DNA of 25,195 bases from a virus. Lineage: Duplodnaviria; Caudoviricetes. The DNA lies in IMG/VR virus record IMGVR_UViG_3300025141_011222, positions 1-25,195 of that record. The stretch is one strand, 5' to 3'. Positions 9,381 to 18,433 of this stretch are shown piece after piece. Under the pieces are notes generated by a model. It was not told the DNA's origin. It made no database searches and saw nothing but the letters and a program-made list of their open reading frames with translations. The position numbers were made by a program, and so were the translations under genes. The number at the start of each line of letters is the position of its first letter. Positions within the stretch are counted from its first letter, which is position 1.

Positions 9381-10240
9381 GACCTTACTCCAACTTTACA
9401 ATGTTCTGTTTGATTAAACTCACAAAATCTACAAGATTTCTTACTAGGTGTTGGTAGTAAATTATCTGTTGTATGACTACCATCATCATTAAAACCCTCA
9501 TCAATAAATTTTGAAAGTTTTCTCGCTACCTTATTCATTGACACAGTTCCACTCGCAGGTGAAAATTTCTGAACTCTTTTCTGTGGCCAATCTACATTTT
9601 CATATAATTTTCTCTTCACTATGAAATATTCTACTTCAATTTGTTCAATAGGATAATTATGTTGTTTTGAATAAAATTGTTTATACAACAGTAACTGTTG
9701 TGTTTTATTCTCATCAGCTTTCATCCATTTGTTCCAACCCTTTGTCGATGTTTTTATATCATATATTTTAATCACATCTCCAATTGTATCCTTAATAACA
9801 ATATCAATATAACCAACCCATCTTAAATTTTTCTGTAAATCTAGTTCGACTGGAACTTCACAGCCAATTAATTCATAACCTTTTTTGCTGAAATACTCAC
9901 CTCGTCTTTTCTTAAAGAAATCAAGAATGTCACAACCATCTTGGAAGAACTCTTGTAATTGTTCTTTTGTACATGGATCTTTTCCATATGTTTCTTTATC
10001 TTTATTGAATACCTCAATCATTTTCTCTTGTAATGTTCGTTCTAAATTAAGTTGATTAGCTCTCTTAACTGTAAACTCATACATAACATTAAGATACTTT
10101 TGTAATGTTTCATGCATTGCTGTTCCAAACAACAAATGAATACTTGGTTCTGATATTCTGTAACCATCTATATAATTTAACTTCCATCTATGTGGACAAT
10201 CAGAAAACATAGACAACTGTGAATATGATATTCTATTCAT
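9377..10240 (-). CDS. PD-(D/E)XK exonuclease, Cas4/AddB-like, probable Fe-S cluster
   Basis: ISYSQL..DCP, FGTAMHE, E..GYID..IYDIKT, QLLLY, C-terminal CRFC.....C. Likely start MNRIS at 10240 (ORF track gives 10261). Confidence 0.85.
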   Translation of the reverse strand: MNRISYSQLSMFSDCPHRWKLNYIDGYRISEPSIHLLFGTAMHETLQKYLNVMYEFTVKRANQLNLERTLQEKMIEVFNKDKETYGKDPCTKEQLQEFFQDGCDILDFFKKRRGEYFSKKGYELIGCEVPVELDLQKNLRWVGYIDIVIKDTIGDVIKIYDIKTSTKGWNKWMKADENKTQQLLLYKQFYSKQHNYPIEQIEVEYFIVKRKLYENVDWPQKRVQKFSPASGTVSMNKVARKLSKFIDEGFNDDGSHTTDNLLPTPSKKSCRFCEFNQTEHCKVGVRS

Positions 10241-10991
10241 AAAAATCCTTTTTCTCTTCAACTATAATTTCTTCTATCTCTGGAACATATTCTTTTGGAT
10301 TCTTTGGGTATGGTTTCTGTAGATGTTTAAGATTTGACATAATCTTTTTCTTCTCCCCTTTAGTTCCTAATAAATAAAAGAAACGATGTTTTCTTGGTTC
10401 TTTTCTTCTCCAAAATGTGTGTCCTATTCTGCTCTTCAGATGTTCTAAATTACCAGAACCAAACATAACAAATACAGTTCTTGAATGTATCCACTTACCA
10501 CCAGGTTCTAATTTGATTCCATAATTATCCATAATTCCTAAATTAGTTCCCTGATAAACCCAATTGGTAGCTTGATATATACCACCAATGTGTTCTTGAC
10601 CAGGATCTGCATATGATATTAGAACTTTTATATCTGGAGCATTTTGTTTCAGCCACTTAAATGTTTTAGATATAGAAATACTTTCCATATTTTTACCATA
10701 TTCTTCATATATGAATAATCTTGTTAACTCCAACGCTTCCTTCGCCTGTAACATTGGTGAAATAGAAGAAGCTGCTTTAGCTCCAACTGGATATCCATAA
10801 ACAGCAACACCAGCTAACTTTTCATCTTTTTCATCAAAAAAACTATGTTCGTTATCCATCTCATAAAAAATACCCAACGCATAACGACAACTAGTCCAAG
10901 CATGACTATAATGATTCTTAACAATCATATCTTTAGCTATCTTCTTCGATATCTCACGAATGGTTATTTTGGTTTTGTCTACTTTCCCCAT
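10233..10991 (-). CDS. Mom-like GNAT-fold DNA (adenine) modification protein, copy 1
   Basis: NHYSH, GVAVYG.P, LELTRL, ESISIS, LISYADP..HIGGIYQATNW. Confidence 0.8.
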   Translation of the reverse strand: MGKVDKTKITIREISKKIAKDMIVKNHYSHAWTSCRYALGIFYEMDNEHSFFDEKDEKLAGVAVYGYPVGAKAASSISPMLQAKEALELTRLFIYEEYGKNMESISISKTFKWLKQNAPDIKVLISYADPGQEHIGGIYQATNWVYQGTNLGIMDNYGIKLEPGGKWIHSRTVFVMFGSGNLEHLKSRIGHTFWRRKEPRKHRFFYLLGTKGEKKKIMSNLKHLQKPYPKNPKEYVPEIEEIIVEEKKDFYE

Positions 10992-11464
10992 TTTCCATTC
11001 TTCACGATTGTAGCCATAATACCATAATTTGACATATCAAGAAAAGCATCTTCAATTGGTTCATTGTTTATAGCTGCTTCTTTATTTCCCATCAATAAAG
11101 TTTTAACTCTTTGTATCTTGTCATTAATTCTAAACCATAATCCTGTAAGAGATAACTTAACATCTTCTTGTGTCTGTAATGGTGTTCCAACTGATATATT
11201 TCCTGGACCATAATCATGTTGCTTACGACAAAATAATACATATTGTTCTCGTTGTAATCTTTTAAACTCTTTTGTCATCTCTGGCCATTCTTGTTCCATT
11301 AAAGCAACCGCATCAACTGTTAAATGAGAATTACTTTCTTTCTTCTCAACATTTTTATATGCTATAAATGGTTTCCCATTTTTGTCTGTCGCAATGACTT
11401 CACCAAAATCCTCAACTTTATATGTCTTCCGTTGTGGTGCATCTTTTAATATCTTTTTACTCAT
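10979..11464 (-). CDS. DUF1599 / nucleotide modification associated domain 1 (Nmad1) protein
   Basis: KQHDYG, RINDKIQR, EPIEDAFLDMSNYGI. Confidence 0.75.
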   Translation of the reverse strand: MSKKILKDAPQRKTYKVEDFGEVIATDKNGKPFIAYKNVEKKESNSHLTVDAVALMEQEWPEMTKEFKRLQREQYVLFCRKQHDYGPGNISVGTPLQTQEDVKLSLTGLWFRINDKIQRVKTLLMGNKEAAINNEPIEDAFLDMSNYGIMATIVKNGKWGK

Positions 11465-11880
11465 TTTAATACCTTCTTAATTTGTTTTTTGTCTGTTCCA
11501 TAAAGTTCAAGTATACTTCTTAATTCTTCTTTACTCATCAATTTAATATATTCTGTAGCATGTAATTTACTACATTCAAAATATCTAGTCATTGTAGAAA
11601 TCAACATTTTATCATATTTCTTACCTTTGTTACCTTTAACATATTTATTATACCTTTTACCCTTTGGTAAAATATCACAATACCACTTGTATACTTCTCT
11701 TGATTCTAATAATCCTATTGAATATTTTTGAAAATAATTTACTATCTCTATAAAATCATTATCCATTGATAACCAACGATTTATTATGAATATGCTAAAT
11801 GATTTTTTATCTATATCAGAAAATGTATCCCACGATTTTTTGTGAACTAAAATTTGGTCTAACCAATTAAATATCGTCAT
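11461..11880 (-). CDS. Clamp loader small subunit (T4 gp62-like)
   Basis: FIINRWLSM, LPKGKRYNKY, YFECS..A.EY, located near the gp44/gp45 homologues. Confidence 0.65.
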   Translation of the reverse strand: MTIFNWLDQILVHKKSWDTFSDIDKKSFSIFIINRWLSMDNDFIEIVNYFQKYSIGLLESREVYKWYCDILPKGKRYNKYVKGNKGKKYDKMLISTMTRYFECSKLHATEYIKLMSKEELRSILELYGTDKKQIKKVLK

Positions 11881-11915
11881 CTAAACTCCTAACACGAGGA
11901 TTTATCTTTAACACT

Positions 11916-12134
11916 TCAACTAGGTTTAGGTGGTTTTGAATAATTATCCTTAGCCCAACCACCACCTTTAAATTGTGGTTCACTATTCATCTTCCAAACC
12001 CTTTCCATTATCGGTGTATGTATTCCACTACTAACATCTTTACATCTTTCACAGATGGGTGCTGATGCATTCATACTCTGTTTTACATCTATAGACACAG
12101 AACAAATTGGACATTTAAAAGTATAGTCTGGCAC
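11916..12134 (-). CDS. FmdB-family zinc-ribbon protein
   Basis: MPDYTFKCPIC...CERC...FKGGGW. Confidence 0.75.
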   Translation of the reverse strand: MPDYTFKCPICSVSIDVKQSMNASAPICERCKDVSSGIHTPIMERVWKMNSEPQFKGGGWAKDNYSKPPKPS

Positions 12135-12137
12135 TGT

Positions 12138-12362
12138 CTACACCGTTGATATCCCAGAAGAATCTTTAAATTCATCATTGATATGACCACACAACTCACA
12201 AGCAAATACAGCAACAGGAATCATAGCTTCTTTACCTGTTGGTGATACAAGTGCTGATAATTTCTTCAACATTAATGTCTGTTTAAAACCCACACCACCA
12301 CATTTCTCACATTCCAATGTTGTGGCATGAGTTAAATCTACATTATTTAAATCATTCATCAT
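12138..12362 (-). CDS. Small zinc-finger hypothetical protein
   Basis: CEKCG and CELCGH pairs; KKLSALVSPTG. Confidence 0.7.
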   Translation of the reverse strand: MMNDLNNVDLTHATTLECEKCGGVGFKQTLMLKKLSALVSPTGKEAMIPVAVFACELCGHINDEFKDSSGISTV

Positions 12363-12510
12363 CTCTCTCCATTGTTATTTCTGTTATTGTTACATCTTTC
12401 AATTTCCAATCAGTATATTTTAAAATATCATCATCTTCATATGGCGGTTTATACAATGTCACTATTATAGTTGTATCCATAACCACATTTTCTACTCTAA
12501 ATTCTTTCAT
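12352..12510 (-). CDS. Small hypothetical protein (52 aa, not in ORF track)
   Basis: Hand translation MKEFRVENVVMDTTIIVTLYKPPYEDDDILKYTDWKLKDVTITEITMERDDE. ATGA overlap with the clamp-loader stop; fills the gap. Confidence 0.6.
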   Translation of the reverse strand: MKEFRVENVVMDTTIIVTLYKPPYEDDDILKYTDWKLKDVTITEITMERDDE

Positions 12511-13421
12511 TTAATTACCCTCAATAATTTTATTATAGTAGACATAAAATTAATTTCCTTATCTACAACCTGAACATCTTGATACTGACCTTCTGAAATT
12601 ACTAAAATACACTCTGCATTTTTTCCATTAGAATAATCTTCAAGATTGTCATAAAGAAATCTATATAACTCTGAATAATCACTAACAGAATTATCTGCTA
12701 AATATTTTCTTATGACTTTTAAGTTCTCACTACTCATTAACATATTCAACAACTGTATCTTATAATCATTCTGAATTACTGAACCAACATCTATCTTTAA
12801 TTCACCACTTACAACTTGTCTTTGTGCTGAATTAATTACTCTACGAATATCTGGATATCCAGCATTTACAACCATAGCTAAATCATCAAGTTCAAAAGTA
12901 ACATTTTCAGTTTCAAGAATATTCTTCAAATGAATCGCTACCTCTTTTCTTGACGGTGGAACAATCTTATAAGATTGACATCTTGATTGTATTGGATCTA
13001 TGATTCGTTCAACATAATTACAAGTCAATATGAACCGACAATGTTTTGAGAATGTTTCCATAAGATTTCTCAAAGCTGCTTGTGCATTCGGTGTTAAGAA
13101 ATCAGCCTCATCTAAAATGATAATCTTTAAATCTTTAAATCCAATCGTAGAAGCAAAATTCTTTATCTTATTTCTAACATTGTCAACATTGTTCTCATCT
13201 GATGCATTGATATATAAATAATCACAATCAATATTATTTACAACTATCTTTGCTAATGTCGTTTTCCCAGTTCCTGCAGCACCATACAACAATAAATGTG
13301 GAACATCTTCTGATTCAAGATAGATACCTACCTTACTTTTCAAATGTTCATTACCTATATATGTGTTTAAATCTTTTGGTCTATATTTCTCCACCCAAAG
13401 AGAATGACTTATTGATTCCAT
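12507..13421 (-). CDS. Clamp loader AAA+ subunit (T4 gp44/RFC small subunit-like)
   Basis: LWVEKYRP, Walker A GAAGTGKT, INASD, Walker B ILDEAD, SRC motif. Confidence 0.95.
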   Translation of the reverse strand: MESISHSLWVEKYRPKDLNTYIGNEHLKSKVGIYLESEDVPHLLLYGAAGTGKTTLAKIVVNNIDCDYLYINASDENNVDNVRNKIKNFASTIGFKDLKIIILDEADFLTPNAQAALRNLMETFSKHCRFILTCNYVERIIDPIQSRCQSYKIVPPSRKEVAIHLKNILETENVTFELDDLAMVVNAGYPDIRRVINSAQRQVVSGELKIDVGSVIQNDYKIQLLNMLMSSENLKVIRKYLADNSVSDYSELYRFLYDNLEDYSNGKNAECILVISEGQYQDVQVVDKEINFMSTIIKLLRVIK

Positions 13422-13567
13422 TGTTTACCTCTCTTTCGCCAACACCAAAACATTTCTGAAAATATCTTCCACAAAGAATCACCAAAAAATGCCCCACCAT
13501 TGTCTAACAATAAAATATATTTCCAATGCCTGTTTTTTTTATCTGCTAATGATTTTGCTCTTGCCAC
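13409..13567 (-). CDS. Small basic Trp-rich hypothetical protein (52 aa, GTG start, not in ORF track)
   Basis: Hand translation MARAKSLADKKNRHWKYILLLDNGGAFFGDSLWKIFSEMFWCWRKRGKQWNQ; fills the gap between clamp and loader. Confidence 0.5.
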   Translation of the reverse strand: MARAKSLADKKNRHWKYILLLDNGGAFFGDSLWKIFSEMFWCWRKRGKQWNQ

Positions 13568-13568
13568 A

Positions 13569-14294
13569 TTAATCTACATCTTGCATAGCAACAATATAAT
13601 ATGTGCTATCATAATCATCAACTTTGAAATTTACCCTAGCTAATCCCTCATTAGAAACTTCAAATGTCGCTGATGTGCATTCACGATTTGCAATTAACAC
13701 TTCTTTGAACAAATTAGCATTAAATGAAATATCAGTATTCAAATCTGATTCTATAGTTTCAACAGGAATAATTACACGATTTGTATTTGTTGAAGCATAA
13801 CCAATTACAATTTCTACTTTACCAGATTTCTTATTATTTATGATTGTAAAAGTATCAATATCACCTAACGCACCTTTACCTTTGATAAAAGTGTTGATGA
13901 ACTTTGTATCAACTTTAATCTGTGTTCCAAATTTAGGTAAACGTTTCAAAGCTGGTGGATCTGCAATAACCGACAAATCACTTAATACATAATCAATTGA
14001 TGCATAATTATCATTTACTTTTAAGGTGACAGCCTTATCACCAAACTTCAACAATGTTAATGATATGTCATCACTAAGAACACCAATCAATGATTTTAAT
14101 TGATCTGTTTTATATATACCAACATCAGATTCTTCAAATTTAAAATTATCAATTTTAACTGTTCCCAATAATGATTTATCAGGTGTTACAAAAGATGTTG
14201 ATAAAGAATCACCATCTGATATCCATTTTACACTATTTACATTTCCACCCAAATTATACTTTTGAATGAACTTATCTAACTTACTTTTTTGCAT
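13569..14294 (-). CDS. DNA sliding clamp (gp45/PCNA-like)
   Basis: 241 aa beta-rich protein between polB and the clamp loader. C-terminal ATFEVSNEGLARVNF..STYYIVA fits the clamp pattern. Confidence 0.7.
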   Translation of the reverse strand: MQKSKLDKFIQKYNLGGNVNSVKWISDGDSLSTSFVTPDKSLLGTVKIDNFKFEESDVGIYKTDQLKSLIGVLSDDISLTLLKFGDKAVTLKVNDNYASIDYVLSDLSVIADPPALKRLPKFGTQIKVDTKFINTFIKGKGALGDIDTFTIINNKKSGKVEIVIGYASTNTNRVIIPVETIESDLNTDISFNANLFKEVLIANRECTSATFEVSNEGLARVNFKVDDYDSTYYIVAMQDVD

Positions 14295-14327
14295 TGTCTT
14301 ATCTTTCTCCTATATGATTTATTATTT

Positions 14328-14359
14328 TAATATACAACATTTTTGTCATATAATACAAG
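14328..14359 (-). promoter_or_regulatory. Sigma70-like promoter for the clamp/clamp-loader genes
   Basis: Sense strand CTTGT-N16-GTTGTATATTA; same boxes and spacing as 16899-16930. AGGAG RBS follows. Confidence 0.65.
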
Positions 14360-14365
14360 CTTTTT

Positions 14366-16894
14366 CTAAAAAAATCTCTCTAATGTATTCTGTTTGTCAA
14401 TCAATACCCAATTCATACTTTCATAAAACATATCAATCTTCTTCTGAAGAGCCTTATTGAATAACTTATCTCTGTCAATATATTTCTTAATATATTCCAT
14501 AATTTCCTGTGGGTCATTATAACCCTTAAAAGCTAATTGTTTTATGTTCAATGGGTTTTCCTTTAAATATACCCATTTAATCTTATCTGAATTTCTGATA
14601 GGTTCTGTCTCTTTCAAATTATGATATTTCAGCAAATCATTATATATAATTGTCGCCTTAACATGAACTGGTGTTCCCTTTTTTACCTTTGTAAATATAG
14701 TGGCATCTTTAAACTTTCCACGAGATCTATCTGCAAACTTTTGAATACCCTTTACACCAGTCGGAAGAGAGATGTCATCCAGTGATTGATTTTTCAAACT
14801 CTTCTTGAATGTAAAAATCATATCATCAATATCATCTTTCGGTGTGTGATCTAATATACCTTTCAAAACATCAGACATAAGTTTTCTAAACGCGACTGGA
14901 AAATTACTTCTAACTATATCAAAACCCTTTACATCCAACTTATCACATTGAAAACCACCATCATTGATAATCCACTGACCATATCTCTTCTTCGTAACCC
15001 AAAATGCTGACTTTGAAATAACCTCTTGTTTAATATCAAATCTATGAGTATCACAATTTAAAAACCGTTTAGCAAATACATCATAACTTTTATTTAAAAA
15101 ATCTTGAACCTCTGATGTTACTAACAGTATCTCTTTGGTCATATATTCATCATCATTTAAATCAGCATCCGAATTTCTATGTTTTATCAATGGAACAGCA
15201 CTACAAAAAATAGAATCCGTATCAACATATATCACATGATTATCATCAGTTTTCAATTCTTTGTTATAATAATAATCAGCCATTTTTTCAGTAAACTTGA
15301 TTAATTCTTGACCAGTTACAGTTGTTGCTTCAGCATTGTCAATATCATAAAATCTAAATACTGGTAATCCCAATACACCATAAAGTGAATTAAGAACAAT
15401 CTTTTGAATATGTTGCCTTCTCTTAAAATAACCACTCTTTTCCATATCACCCTCATCACCATGTTTCTTCATCAACCTTTTATATTCAACCCTCTCATCA
15501 AACCATTTTAACAATAAGGTTGGCATAAGTCCCTTTTTATCATTTCTATATAATACACCATTGGATGATACTGATATTTTCTTTCTACCAAATAATTCTT
15601 TCAATTCAACTTCATTAAGTCTCCCCTGAATCTTGCCATCATTTTCAAGTGAATATGTCTTTTTTGTTCCCTTAATAAATTCTTCCGAATCCCAACCTAC
15701 CAATTTTCCAATCTTCATCTCAGGTGATATGTTTAATGACATTATTATACTTGGATACATTGATGTCAAATCTAAATCAAATACCCAATCATATCTACCA
15801 GGTTTGGGATCTTTAACATAAGCCCCAGAAAACTTTCTACCATCTTTATCCATTCTGTCACTAGCATCTAATTTTTTATTTGGTGCAACAATATCATTAC
15901 CCTTTAAGTAAGTAAGAATAGCACCTTCAAGATAACGACTACTAAAATATACATCTTCATATGGAACATGACCAACATGAGCAATACCCCTAGCCAAATC
16001 AATAAACTTTAACTTATCATCAAGTGCCTTAACAATCTTAACATCGTTTAAGTTATATTCAATAAACTTATTTATATCAGTTTCATACAAATCGTTAAGT
16101 GTTCCTTCATATTCAACTTTACCAATACCAACTTCAAGCTGTCCAATAAAATCTAATCTATATGATGATTGTTGAGTATATGTAAATAACCTATATAGTT
16201 TCAAATAATCCAAACACGACACACCAGCAATCTTATATCTGTTCTTATGTTCTAAATAAAATATATCCCCAATAGGTGATAATGAATTTGCAAATGAATC
16301 ACCTAAAACTCTACGAGTCCTGTTATATAAATAAGGAATGTCAAATCCATCTATATTCCAACCACTTAATATGGTTGGTTGTATCTCAATATACTTCTGA
16401 TAAAACCTTTGTAATAACTCTTCCTCACTCTCAAATGTTTCAACAACTGTCTTGTCATGTGATGAATTATGTTTTTTGTCCGAAATCACAAATACAAAAT
16501 AATTATCTACAACTTTATCATATAACGCTATCGATGTAATCTTGTTGTGAGCTTTCGATGGTTCAGGAAAACCACCAGTTACTTCTACCTCAATATCAAA
16601 ATAAACCTCACGATGGCCACCTGACATCTCTTCAGAATCCGTATACATATCTACAAGTACACGAGTTTCAATTGGAACATCACTTTCAAAAACATTACCT
16701 TTCTGTAAATCTTCCCCTGTCCAAAACCTTACTTTCTTTAACTTATCACCATATAGTGACCGATAAGTTCCTGTCTGTGATTTTAGATAAGCATATGGTT
16801 TATATTGAAACTTTGAATATCCAGTTCGTTCATCCCATAAATGAACTTCATTACCTGACTTTGTTCTCTTTACATATATGTTTTGATATGACAT
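14366..16894 (-). CDS. polB: Family B DNA polymerase with 3'-5' exonuclease (T4 gp43-like)
   Basis: FDIEV, GWNIDGFDIPY, YNLND, DLTSMYPSII, KIVLNSLYG, YVDTDS, KKRY; C-terminal QNTLERFF clamp-binding motif. Confidence 0.97.
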   Translation of the reverse strand: MSYQNIYVKRTKSGNEVHLWDERTGYSKFQYKPYAYLKSQTGTYRSLYGDKLKKVRFWTGEDLQKGNVFESDVPIETRVLVDMYTDSEEMSGGHREVYFDIEVEVTGGFPEPSKAHNKITSIALYDKVVDNYFVFVISDKKHNSSHDKTVVETFESEEELLQRFYQKYIEIQPTILSGWNIDGFDIPYLYNRTRRVLGDSFANSLSPIGDIFYLEHKNRYKIAGVSCLDYLKLYRLFTYTQQSSYRLDFIGQLEVGIGKVEYEGTLNDLYETDINKFIEYNLNDVKIVKALDDKLKFIDLARGIAHVGHVPYEDVYFSSRYLEGAILTYLKGNDIVAPNKKLDASDRMDKDGRKFSGAYVKDPKPGRYDWVFDLDLTSMYPSIIMSLNISPEMKIGKLVGWDSEEFIKGTKKTYSLENDGKIQGRLNEVELKELFGRKKISVSSNGVLYRNDKKGLMPTLLLKWFDERVEYKRLMKKHGDEGDMEKSGYFKRRQHIQKIVLNSLYGVLGLPVFRFYDIDNAEATTVTGQELIKFTEKMADYYYNKELKTDDNHVIYVDTDSIFCSAVPLIKHRNSDADLNDDEYMTKEILLVTSEVQDFLNKSYDVFAKRFLNCDTHRFDIKQEVISKSAFWVTKKRYGQWIINDGGFQCDKLDVKGFDIVRSNFPVAFRKLMSDVLKGILDHTPKDDIDDMIFTFKKSLKNQSLDDISLPTGVKGIQKFADRSRGKFKDATIFTKVKKGTPVHVKATIIYNDLLKYHNLKETEPIRNSDKIKWVYLKENPLNIKQLAFKGYNDPQEIMEYIKKYIDRDKLFNKALQKKIDMFYESMNWVLIDKQNTLERFF

Positions 16895-16898
16895 ACTC

Positions 16899-16930
16899 TA
16901 ATATACAACCTTTTTAATGTGCAAAACAAG
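16899..16930 (-). promoter_or_regulatory. Sigma70-like promoter for polB, probably giving a leaderless mRNA
   Basis: Sense strand CTTGT-N16-GTTGTATATTA. The TATATT hexamer ends 5 nt before the ATG and there is no Shine-Dalgarno. Confidence 0.65.
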
Positions 16931-16954
16931 TTTTATTTTTCTATTTTAAAAATT

Positions 16955-17815
16955 TCATAATACGCTAAAATATCTTTCACCCCTATCACATAAAATCGTT
17001 ACTACAATTCCAGATGGATCATTCTTTTCTATCCATCTTTCAGATGCTAATACATTTGCTCCAGAAGATATACCAACAAACAAACCATTCTCTTTTGCTA
17101 ATCTTAAACTTCTTTCTTTCGCTTCTTCTGTTGATATAGTTATAACTTTATCAACAAATTTCATATTAACTAAAAACTTTGAACCATCACCAATCCCTTG
17201 TATCCCATGTAATCCTTTTTCACCACCAGACATTACAGGTGATTCTGTAGGTTCAACAGCTATAATTCGTGTCATAGCCATATTCCATTCTTGAACTCCA
17301 TGTACTATTCCCATTAAAGTTCCACCAGTTCCAGTTCCTAATATAAAAGCTGATATATGTCCTGTATATTGAGAAGTTACTATTTCTTCAAATGTCGTAT
17401 TTTTATGACATTCAATATTTAATGGATTATTGAATTGATTTAATTCTACATAACCATACCAGTCAGCTAATTCTTCTTTAACTCTAATAGCTTCGTCAAA
17501 ATCACCAGCATCAACTTCTTCTAACTCTGCACCAAAGAACTCCATCATCTTCTTTCGTTCTTCTGACATATCTGATGGCATAACAATTATACATTTGTAT
17601 CCTCGTTCTGCACACATCATAGCTAATGATATACCTGTGTTACCACTTGTTGCTTCTATAATGGTATCACCTTTTTTTAGTAATCCATCTTTTTCATAAG
17701 AATCAAGAATGTATTTAACAGGTCTATCTTTTATAGAACCACCAGGATTTACTGATTCAAGTTTACCATATAATTTATCTGATAACTTTATTAATGGTGT
17801 ATTACCAACTTTCAT
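16955..17815 (-). CDS. cysK: Cysteine synthase (O-acetylserine sulfhydrylase family)
   Basis: VGNTPL, KLESVNPGGSIKDR (PLP lysine), EATSGNTG, NQF.N, GTGTGGT, HGIQGIG, GISSGA, DRGERY. Confidence 0.92.
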   Translation of the reverse strand: MKVGNTPLIKLSDKLYGKLESVNPGGSIKDRPVKYILDSYEKDGLLKKGDTIIEATSGNTGISLAMMCAERGYKCIIVMPSDMSEERKKMMEFFGAELEEVDAGDFDEAIRVKEELADWYGYVELNQFNNPLNIECHKNTTFEEIVTSQYTGHISAFILGTGTGGTLMGIVHGVQEWNMAMTRIIAVEPTESPVMSGGEKGLHGIQGIGDGSKFLVNMKFVDKVITISTEEAKERSLRLAKENGLFVGISSGANVLASERWIEKNDPSGIVVTILCDRGERYFSVL

Positions 17816-18201
17816 TAATTACCAAAAACTTTCTTTTTACCACCCATATACTCATAGGCATGACCATGTTCCTTCAATAACTCATTTACACTTTTATCGT
17901 TTCCCTTAACATACAGTTCACCAAGAACTCTACCATACTTACCTCTTCCATATGATATAATTGAAAATTTACCATCATCAGAATTTTCTAATAAATCTTT
18001 AACATATGCTTTTGCAGCTAATCCTTTTTTCTTTTCTTCAAGATTACGAGTTCTTGATTCCCAAGTATCAACTCCATAAAATCTAATTCTATTTTTTACC
18101 CACACATCAAATCCTAAATCAATCATTGCGTCACAAGTATCCCCGTCAACAACTCTGACTAACTTACAACTATAACCATGTTTCTTAACTTGCTTTCCCA
18201 T
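17815..18201 (-). CDS. Thermonuclease (SNase-like)
   Basis: RVVDGDT, RIRFYGVDTWE, GKYGRVLG, VNELL..GHA. Confidence 0.9.
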   Translation of the reverse strand: MGKQVKKHGYSCKLVRVVDGDTCDAMIDLGFDVWVKNRIRFYGVDTWESRTRNLEEKKKGLAAKAYVKDLLENSDDGKFSIISYGRGKYGRVLGELYVKGNDKSVNELLKEHGHAYEYMGGKKKVFGN

Positions 18202-18433
18202 TATACTTCTCCATTATTTCTATTATTTCACCAGGTTCTGGAAACCTGTCAGTTACATCTTTTGAAAATAATAATCCGGGTGGATCTATTTCATATATAA
18301 TGTCAAACTGACCACCATGTCCGACTTCTAAAAAAACTTTCAAATCATTATACTTATCCAAAATTTCATCGGCTACATCCTGCGCCTTTGATTTATATCC
18401 CCACATACCACAATATTTAATCAATATATTCAT
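18185..18433 (-). CDS. Rdx/SelW-family thioredoxin-like protein with CxxW in place of CxxU/CxxC
   Basis: I.IKYCGMWGY..A..A.EI, GHGGQFDI, LFSK...RFPEPGEI. Confidence 0.8.
   Translation of the reverse strand: MNILIKYCGMWGYKSKAQDVADEILDKYNDLKVFLEVGHGGQFDIIYEIDPPGLLFSKDVTDRFPEPGEIIEIMEKYNGKAS

Noticed and set aside
9377-10240. CRISPR-Cas system suggested by the Cas4-like nuclease
   Set aside because: No repeat-spacer array or other cas genes; solo Cas4-like nucleases are common in phages.
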